Of a stretch of DNA of 11,925 nt, positions 1 through 6,306 are shown in pieces. The translations under genes were made by a program, and so were the position numbers. The notes beneath the pieces were generated by a model. That model saw nothing but the letters and a program-made list of their open reading frames with translations, was not told where the DNA came from and did no database searches. Location of the stretch: assembly GCA_050125095.1 (NCBI GenBank), contig JASFEA010000097.1:1-11925 (forward strand), read 5' to 3'. Source of the DNA: a bacterium. GTDB taxonomy: Bacteria > Arandabacterota > Arandabacteria > Arandabacterales > JALGWA01. The stretch's first letter is position 1, and each line of letters opens with the position of its first letter.

Positions 1-1
1 G

Positions 2-844
2 TTCTTCGCCTGGGTGCACTGGTTCCACCCGCACCGGCCGTACGCGCCGCCGCTCGAGATCCGCGCAAAGCACGTGGCACAGTACCTCGGGAACGCCGAC
101 TCCTCCACCGAGTTCATCATGAAGGTCTGGAAAGACAAAGTCGATCTGGAGGAGGAGGACCTACGTTATCTGTCCCAGCTCTATGACGGCGAGATCATCT
201 TTACGGATGAGCAAGTGGGACGGGTGCTGGACGCGCTTGAGGTACTCGGCATTGCGGACAAGACCATCGTGGTGGTGACAGCCGACCACGGGGAGATGCT
301 CTATGAGCACGAATACTACTTCGGCCACGACATCGCGCTATATGAAGAGTGCATCATGATACCGCTTATCATCTTCCACCCGGGCCTGGGAGCGACTCCC
401 AAGCGCCTGCCCGGCCTCGTGCAGAGCATAGACATATTCCCGACGCTGCTCGACTTCCTGGGTATAGACATACCTCGGGCCACCGAGGGCAAGACGCTGA
501 GGCCCCTCGTCATGGGAGCCGAAACGCGCACGGCCGAGTACGCTTTCGCCGAGACCTTCCCCTTCCCCGAAAAGGCAATGCCGCGCCACGCGGTGAGGAC
601 GCAGGGCCGGAAGCTCGTCTGGCGGGAGGATAAGGAAGGCGGACTCACCAAGCACTTCTATGATCTTGTGGCCGACCCCGGGGAGACAACGGACCTGTTC
701 GGGCAAGATCCCGAAGCCGCAAGGACCCTCGACCGGACTCTGCACGAGTGGATCAAGGCCGACGGCCTTCACCCCGCCCCCATACCCACAGCCAAGGAAT
801 CCGGACGGATACAGATATTAAGGAGCCTGGGGTACCTGGAATAG
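2..844 (+). CDS. Sulfatase / alkaline-phosphatase-superfamily hydrolase, C-terminal part (5' end outside the window)
   Basis: The frame is open from base 2 (FFAWVHWFHPHRPY), so the GTG at 14 is not the real start. Sulfatase-family motifs are present: LYDGEIIFTDEQVG, TIVVVTADHGE, GHDIALYEECIMIPLII, IDIFPTLLD, FYDLVADPGE and the common terminal LRSLGY. Stop is TAG at 842-844. The catalytic CxPxR-type motif would lie upstream of the window. Confidence 0.9.
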   Translation, partial: FFAWVHWFHPHRPYAPPLEIRAKHVAQYLGNADSSTEFIMKVWKDKVDLEEEDLRYLSQLYDGEIIFTDEQVGRVLDALEVLGIADKTIVVVTADHGEMLYEHEYYFGHDIALYEECIMIPLIIFHPGLGATPKRLPGLVQSIDIFPTLLDFLGIDIPRATEGKTLRPLVMGAETRTAEYAFAETFPFPEKAMPRHAVRTQGRKLVWREDKEGGLTKHFYDLVADPGETTDLFGQDPEAARTLDRTLHEWIKADGLHPAPIPTAKESGRIQILRSLGYLE

Positions 845-912
845 GAATGCAGCCGCCTCCTGGCGGGCCGGTATAATCTGCAGCGCTCACATACGCCTTG
901 CCGGAATGCAAG

Positions 913-1995
913 CTATCTGTGCATGGCCTTTATGGTCCCCCATGTGACTGGCTCTTCGAGACCCTGGGGGACCCCTGCATGCGTGCAACCCACGGGTTGG
1001 GCTCCTATCAGGCCGCAACCGGCCGGGGAGCCTGCCGGTGCGCAGGGCGAGTCTTCATCGAGTGTAAGGTCGCCCGATTCCATATCGCAGAACAACGGAT
1101 CCTGGGAGATGTTGCCCCTGATGCCCAACTCGTCAGACAGAGGGCCCGTCCAGTCTCCACCGTCGTTGCCGTAGATGTCAGTGCACTCACACCAGTACAT
1201 ATAGTCCATACCATATGCATTGCGCGCGCAGGCATTGAACGCCATTATGGTCCTGTCCAGTACGACGTAACATCCCTCCATATCAACCCACAGCACCGAG
1301 TTGCCGGTATTTGCGACCATGCTGCAGTTGGTGAATCTGGCCGTACCGTAGTCCATGGCGTATTCCTTAACGTAGAGGACGCTGCCGAAATCGCATGCAT
1401 TCTCGATGAAAGTGCAGCCCGTCAGCTGACATTCGTCAATCCCGTTGTGCCAATACAGATACAGGGCACCACCCTGCCCGGCAGAATTCCCCTCGAATAG
1501 GCAGTCCGTAATCCGGATCGTCCCGTACAAGGGCATGAAGACATTGACAGCTCCGCCACCGGTTGCGTAGTTGTTCAGGAAGCGGCAGTTGTTAATATCC
1601 ACATCCGACCAAAGGCCGTCTATCCGCAGAGCACCTCCGCCGACTTCATAGCCGTTCTCGATTGTTATGCTCTCAATCGTCGCGCCGATACCATCAACCA
1701 AAAAACCCCTGTGGTTCTCGGCGGCCGAGCCCTCGCAGTCGATTATGCATGTCTCCGGATCGCCGCTGATGGAGATGACGGTAATTGACTTGTCTATAAC
1801 CACATCCCGGTTGCCTTCACCGGTGAAAGTACCCTTGGCCAGGACGACTGTGTCGCCGGATGAAGCCGAGTCCACTGCAGCCTGAATGGTCGGTGCCATT
1901 CCGGAGCCGTCGGGCACGACGAACCAGATGTCGGCAGCCGCAGAGCCGAAGAGCAGACATATCAGCACGAATGTGACACAGGCGTATCGCTTCAT
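913..1995 (-). CDS. Secreted right-handed parallel beta-helix (pectin-lyase-like / Pmp-repeat) protein with a C-terminal TWGxIK tail, about 360 aa
   Basis: The ATG at 1995 follows a strong SD (GAGGAGGTG, 2002-2010), whereas the track start at 2019 lies inside the -10 box. There is a signal peptide (MKRYACVTFVLICLLFGSAAA), a beta-helix cap (TIQAAVDSASSGDTVVLAKGTF), repeated FxxN...GGA(L/V) coils and a C-terminal DPLFCD..GDLTL..DSPC...IGA motif. Confidence 0.85.
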   Translation of the reverse strand: MKRYACVTFVLICLLFGSAAADIWFVVPDGSGMAPTIQAAVDSASSGDTVVLAKGTFTGEGNRDVVIDKSITVISISGDPETCIIDCEGSAAENHRGFLVDGIGATIESITIENGYEVGGGALRIDGLWSDVDINNCRFLNNYATGGGAVNVFMPLYGTIRITDCLFEGNSAGQGGALYLYWHNGIDECQLTGCTFIENACDFGSVLYVKEYAMDYGTARFTNCSMVANTGNSVLWVDMEGCYVVLDRTIMAFNACARNAYGMDYMYWCECTDIYGNDGGDWTGPLSDELGIRGNISQDPLFCDMESGDLTLDEDSPCAPAGSPAGCGLIGAQPVGCTHAGVPQGLEEPVTWGTIKAMHR

Positions 1996-2017
1996 GTCTC
2001 GCACCTCCTCTGTGTTC

Positions 2018-2045
2018 ATTATAGCACATATCGCGAAGAATTCAA
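2018..2045 (-). promoter_or_regulatory. Sigma70-type promoter of the beta-helix gene
   Basis: On the minus strand: TTGAAT (2045-2040), a 16-nt spacer ending in TGTGC (extended -10), then a perfect TATAAT (2023-2018), just upstream of the SD. Confidence 0.75.
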
Positions 2046-2107
2046 TGGCCGCGCGATCTGCGCCGGGAGGTCACGCTGGGCCGGGGCGACAAGACCGTCG
2101 GAATCAT

Positions 2108-2169
2108 GCCTGCAAAGTAGATCCGGCCTGCAATGTAGATCCGGTCAGATCAGCCGGATGTGCATTTCA
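2108..2169. repeat. 18-bp tandem repeat (x2) overlapping an imperfect inverted repeat; possible terminator or REP-like element
   Basis: GCCTGCAAAGTAGATCCG (2108-2125) and GCCTGCAATGTAGATCCG (2126-2143) match at 17/18. The arms 2129-2144 and 2154-2169 are complementary at 13/16 (core ATCCGG/CCGGAT, 9-nt loop). The element lies just downstream of the operon's last stop codon. Confidence 0.7.
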
Positions 2170-2171
2170 AG

Positions 2172-2196
2172 ACCTGACCCCGTCACCTGACCCCGT
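2172..2196. repeat. 12-bp perfect direct repeat with 13-bp period spanning the DUF89 stop codon
   Basis: ACCTGACCCCGT occurs at 2172-2183 and at 2185-2196. Confidence 0.8.
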
Positions 2197-3058
2197 TGTG
2201 CATGAGGACGGAGACGCCGTTGGGGAGGCCCATTCCGTCCCCTATGACATGGCACTTGATGCGCAGTATGAAGAACATGCTGCGCTTGACGTCGTTCAGG
2301 GTCTCGTAATTGGCCTGGCCTTTGGAGAGTATGACTCCGGAACTCTCGAATTGCCTCCTGAATTCGGATGAGGTCTCATCGAGCATGAGGCCGAGGCTGC
2401 CCGTCCCGGTCTCCAGGATCTCGACCGGGTCTGTTATGCCCGCCATGATTGCGTCTTCGCGGACGGCGTCATTGAGTATGCCCCTCGAGCGCACGCTCAC
2501 GATCACGCGCTTCCCCATGGCCAGTATCTCGTCTATGAGGAAGCGGTCGAAGACGATCTCCCCGGCGTTGTCGCTTATGAGAAGGAAGGAATCGCTGCTC
2601 TGGAGCTCATCATAGAGCTCCCGGCTGTGGTCTACCGAGAAGCCATTTTCAAGCGTGTCCTTCAGGGTCGCCTCTATGTCGAAGGGCTTGCCGATGCCGA
2701 AGTCGATGATATTGCCGGCAGCGGCCAGCTTGGATGCGTAGGATATCCTGGAGACGGAGTCCATATCCGACATTTCCGCCTCGACCGCGGGCTTGATCTC
2801 ATCGTATAGATGCAGCGCCTCTTCGGTCGTCCGCTTCTTCTCCTCTTTATAGGGGTCGTTCTGATCGTAGACCTCGCCGCTCGCGAGTATTGTCTGGGTC
2901 GCAAGAACCGCCGGCGGCTTTGAGAAGTCCGCGTCTGCGAGAGCCCTTACGGCACACTTCAAAGCCTTCATCTGGGTCTCCTGGTCGACCCCGGCGAGCC
3001 TTGCCGTGCGCATGGCCTGGTTTATGGAACACGCAATACACTCAGGTGCGGAACGCAA
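2183..3058 (-). CDS. DUF89 / ARMT1-like damage-control metal-dependent phosphatase (PH1575-like subfamily)
   Basis: N-terminal CxxC (PECIAC), GNIIDFG, DNAGEIVFD, ILNDA, SKGQANYETL and FILRIKC motifs. TTG start with SD GAGGAGG at 3064-3070. No signal peptide. Confidence 0.9.
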   Translation of the reverse strand: MRSAPECIACSINQAMRTARLAGVDQETQMKALKCAVRALADADFSKPPAVLATQTILASGEVYDQNDPYKEEKKRTTEEALHLYDEIKPAVEAEMSDMDSVSRISYASKLAAAGNIIDFGIGKPFDIEATLKDTLENGFSVDHSRELYDELQSSDSFLLISDNAGEIVFDRFLIDEILAMGKRVIVSVRSRGILNDAVREDAIMAGITDPVEILETGTGSLGLMLDETSSEFRRQFESSGVILSKGQANYETLNDVKRSMFFILRIKCHVIGDGMGLPNGVSVLMHNGVR

Positions 3059-3070
3059 AGTGGCCTCCTC

Positions 3071-4444
3071 TTAAGTCTTCTGCTCTCTCTTCCTCGCCGC
3101 GGGGAAGAGGATGTTATTGAGTATTAGCCTGTAGCCGGGGGAGTTCTTGTGCAGCGCGAGGTCCGTGGGCGGGTCCCCGACCATGTGCTGGTAGTCCTCC
3201 GGGTCGTGGCCGGCATAGAAGGTGAAGGTGCCCCTTCCGAATGTCCCGTGCAGGTACTTAACGTCATCCTGCCCCTCGGTCTCGGCGAGGAAGGTGACTC
3301 CCCGCTTGACCAGCCGCTTTTCAAACCCGGTGGTTTGGCCCATGAAGCCGTTGATCACCGACACGTGATCCTGTGTGAGCATGGTGGGGATGGGGTCATG
3401 CTTGGCGGAGAAGTCGAACAGCGTGAAATAGTCGTTATTGCGGCCCCGCCTTGCGGCGCGCGGTGTTGTGTCGATATCCGAGTGCTCGTAGACGAGGGGG
3501 TTGGTAATGAGTCTGAAGTCCTCGAAGGCCAGGCACTTCGAATAGTCCATTTTGGCGGCGTAGCGCGGGTCGATGGGGTCGCCGTCGAAGACGTCAGGCA
3601 CGATGTCGACACCCTCGGCGGCGAGCGCTATATCATAGGTGTCGGTGGCCGAACACATGCAGAAAAGAAAGCCGCCCCTCGCGACATAGTCCTTTATCCG
3701 CCTCGCCACCGCCGCCTTGAGGGCCGACACCTTGGTGTATCCGAGCTTTGCGGCTATCGCCTCTGATTCGGCGACGCGGCTCTTATACCATTCCTCGTTC
3801 CTGTAGGAAGCGAAGAACTTGCCGTACTGCCCCGTGAAATCCTCGTGGTGAAGGTGGAGCCAGTCATAGTCGTCCAGGGCCCCGGCAAGCACCTCCTCGT
3901 CGTATATGATGGTATGGGGCACCTCAGCGTACTCGAGCGCGAGCCTCACCGCATCGTCCCAGGGGTCCGTGCTGGGCGGAGCGTATACCGCGATAGCAGG
4001 CGCCTTCTCGAGGAGCACCACTTCCATGTTCTCCTCTTCTATTGTGCGGTAGATTCCCGCCGCGGCTCCGGGAGGTATGACGTCAAACTCCACACCCATT
4101 ATTCTGGCGCGCCTGGCGATGAGGTCGCTCGCTTCAGTCATGAAAGAGCCGCCGCGGTAGTTGAGCAGCCATTCCACGTTGAAGCCCTGCTCGAGCGCCC
4201 AGTAGGCCACTCCGTATGCCCGCAGGTGGTCGAACTGCTCGAGGTCCATGTAGATCAGGATCTTGTCCGCCGAGGCCGCCCCGGGGACAAGCGCGGACAG
4301 CAGCAGGACTACTATTATGAGCTTGGGCGAGGTCAGTCTCCCGATGAGCTTGGGCGAGCTCAATCTCCCCGCGGCCTCACGCAGGGCCGGTCGTCCTATG
4401 AGATCGGCCGCGGCCGATCTTCCTATGACCTCATGCACGGTCAC
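3071..4444 (-). CDS. Exported class I glutamine-amidotransferase-like protein of unknown function (family commonly auto-annotated 'asparagine synthetase B' in Bacteroidota)
   Basis: Family motifs HLRAYGVAYW, WLLNYRGGSF, PWDDAV, YDWLHLHHEDFTGQYGKF, GGFLFCMCSATD, GHDPEDYQH and SPGYRLILNNILFPAA. Hydrophobic signal IIVVLLLSALVPGAASA. The GTG start overlaps the upstream TGA (GTGA); the GTG at 4438 is an alternative start. Confidence 0.8.
   Translation of the reverse strand: MTVHEVIGRSAAADLIGRPALREAAGRLSSPKLIGRLTSPKLIIVVLLLSALVPGAASADKILIYMDLEQFDHLRAYGVAYWALEQGFNVEWLLNYRGGSFMTEASDLIARRARIMGVEFDVIPPGAAAGIYRTIEEENMEVVLLEKAPAIAVYAPPSTDPWDDAVRLALEYAEVPHTIIYDEEVLAGALDDYDWLHLHHEDFTGQYGKFFASYRNEEWYKSRVAESEAIAAKLGYTKVSALKAAVARRIKDYVARGGFLFCMCSATDTYDIALAAEGVDIVPDVFDGDPIDPRYAAKMDYSKCLAFEDFRLITNPLVYEHSDIDTTPRAARRGRNNDYFTLFDFSAKHDPIPTMLTQDHVSVINGFMGQTTGFEKRLVKRGVTFLAETEGQDDVKYLHGTFGRGTFTFYAGHDPEDYQHMVGDPPTDLALHKNSPGYRLILNNILFPAARKREQKT
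4317..4439. repeat. Degenerate in-frame 27-bp tandem repeats containing a perfect 20-bp palindrome
   Basis: 4317-4343 versus 4344-4370 match at 24/27. A second related pair is 4386-4412 versus 4413-4439 (GCCG.TC.TCCTATGA). The palindrome AGATCGGCCGCGGCCGATCT lies at 4401-4420. Confidence 0.8.
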
Positions 4445-6306
4445 TCTCCCGTTGTCCTCCTAACCAGATCGAGCTTGCGCCTGGCCTCACCGGCCGAGAC
4501 GCTGTTGGGATAGTTCACGATTACGTTTTCATATGTGTTGACGGCGTCGTCGAGCATACCGAGCCGCAAGTATATATCGCCAGCCGTCTCGAGCGCAACC
4601 GGCGACCAGTGCGACTCCACGGTCTCGCCCGCGATCTTGCAGATATCGAGCGCCTGCTCGAGGTCGTCGGCGGCAAGGTAAAGGCGTATGAGGTTCTTGA
4701 GGCTCTGTACCCTGACCTCCGAGGGGCCGGCCGCCGCGGCCCTGCGGAAGAGCGTAATTGCCTCTTCGATTTCACCCTGCCGCTCCGACAGGGCCGCCTC
4801 GGCGAATACTCCCAGCTCCGGCGCGTATCCCTCCTCGCCAGCTCGAGCACCGCGTATGAGGATGAGGCGTTCCACGGCGTCATTGGCGAGGGCTTCACCC
4901 GGGTACTCGCTCACCGTGACATTGAAATAAGACAGCGCCGCCTCGAGGTCGTGTTCATAGAGCGCTATCTCGCCCAGGTTGTAGTAGGCGCTCTGCGCCT
5001 GGAAGTCGTCCCAGTCGGGCCTTACGAGATCATATGTGCGCTTGGCATCGTCGAACCGCCCGAGTATGACGAGGCAGTCGCCCTTTATGAGCACGGCCTT
5101 ACGCGAATCCTTGCCTCTGGCCCGGGCCTCAACCGCCCTGTCCGCCTGCGCCAGCGCCTCCTCGCATCTTCCCATGGCCCGCAGGCAGCGCGCGAGCCCA
5201 AGGAAGCCGTCGAAACCCCGCTCGGAGCCGGAGTATCGTGCCGAGAAATCTTCGTATGTGGCGAGCGCGCCCTCGAGGTCGCCGCCCCGCTCCTGGCACA
5301 TTCCCCGAGCGAGGAGGTAACCGGGGATGTCCCCCTCTGCGCGGGTGAGCTCGGCGGCGAGTCCGTATGCGTCGGCGCATTCGCCGAAGCACTCTCCCCG
5401 CTCAAACTCGCCTGCGGCGTTCACCAGAAGCCCGATGAGGTTCCTGTCCGCGCGCACCAGGCGCGTGACGTCGGCGAGCCCGCCGGCGCAGTCGCCTTCG
5501 GCCATCGACATCTGCCACAGGGCCGTGAGTGGAACAAGTCCCGCCACGCCGTCCTCCGCGGCCCGCTCGAGCACCGGGACTATCGCCTCCCTGGCGGCCG
5601 GTTCCCGGGCCATGGCTATGATGCGCGACCTGGCCACATCACCCGTGATCGCCTTGCCCTCGATCGCAGTGAGGTATTCGCTCACGGCTTCGGCGTACCG
5701 GCCGGACTTGAGGTAAGCCTGCGCGGCCTGGTCATGGAGCATGTAGGGATTCTGGTGATGCGCCCTCCCCCTCTCGACCACGAGCAGGGCTTCATCCATC
5801 ATGCCGGCGTTGATATACGTCTGGGCCGCCATTTCGAAAGCCCAGGCCCTGTTTTGTCCCGTCTCGATGAAGCGCTCAAGCAGGTCCTCAGCCTGTTCGT
5901 TCTCGCCCATCTTGAAATAGAGGTCGGCGAGCTTCGCCATACCGCCCACATAGGTCGGCCTGAAATCGAGATACTCCTCCATTACGCCGCGCGCGCGCTC
6001 GTACATCTCGCGCTCAACCAGGAAGTCGAAGAAAGAGACGACGACCACCTCGTCCGTCGGCGATTGGGCATAGAGCCGCTCGAGAAGCTCGAGGGCCATC
6101 TCATTGTTGCCGTATCGCGTGAGCGACTGGGCCTCCCTGATGGTCCTGTCCCGCACCTGTCGGGGTGTTTCCTGGCAGACCGCGCGCCGTGCTGCGGGCG
6201 GCGCCAGCATCAGAATGAGGACGAGCGCGAGCGCAGAGCACAGCCCGCGCGATGCCGCACATTTAATATGAGTTAGTAGCCCGTATGCGTTCGCTTTGCT
6301 ATTCAT
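4441..6306 (-). CDS. Exported or membrane-anchored tetratricopeptide-repeat protein
   Basis: N-terminal hydrophobic segment (ALALVLILMLAPPAA). Many TPR-like units, for example AYYNLGEIALYEHDLEAALSYFNVTVSEYP and ALETAGDIYLRLGMLDDAVNTYENVIVNYPNS. The ATG overlaps the upstream stop by 8 nt (ATGAATAG). Confidence 0.88.
   Translation of the reverse strand: MNSKANAYGLLTHIKCAASRGLCSALALVLILMLAPPAARRAVCQETPRQVRDRTIREAQSLTRYGNNEMALELLERLYAQSPTDEVVVVSFFDFLVEREMYERARGVMEEYLDFRPTYVGGMAKLADLYFKMGENEQAEDLLERFIETGQNRAWAFEMAAQTYINAGMMDEALLVVERGRAHHQNPYMLHDQAAQAYLKSGRYAEAVSEYLTAIEGKAITGDVARSRIIAMAREPAAREAIVPVLERAAEDGVAGLVPLTALWQMSMAEGDCAGGLADVTRLVRADRNLIGLLVNAAGEFERGECFGECADAYGLAAELTRAEGDIPGYLLARGMCQERGGDLEGALATYEDFSARYSGSERGFDGFLGLARCLRAMGRCEEALAQADRAVEARARGKDSRKAVLIKGDCLVILGRFDDAKRTYDLVRPDWDDFQAQSAYYNLGEIALYEHDLEAALSYFNVTVSEYPGEALANDAVERLILIRGARAGEEGYAPELGVFAEAALSERQGEIEEAITLFRRAAAAGPSEVRVQSLKNLIRLYLAADDLEQALDICKIAGETVESHWSPVALETAGDIYLRLGMLDDAVNTYENVIVNYPNSVSAGEARRKLDLVRRTTGE

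Noticed and set aside
898-1500. 200-aa plus-strand ORF downstream of a TATAAT
   Set aside because: It is antisense to the well-supported beta-helix gene, with a TTG start, no SD and no motifs.
1996-2019. ORF-track start of the beta-helix gene at 2019
   Set aside because: That ATG overlaps the -10 box. The SD and signal peptide support 1995.
2108-2196. Possible mini-CRISPR array
   Set aside because: The repeats are short and directly adjacent with no spacers, and there are no cas genes in the window.
3071-4444. Gene symbol asnB
   Set aside because: The protein lacks the Ntn Cys and ATP PP-loop of AsnB and has a signal peptide.
4609-6276. 555-aa plus-strand ORF
   Set aside because: It lies entirely antisense to the TPR gene and has no recognisable motif. 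This is a typical shadow ORF of GC-rich coding DNA.
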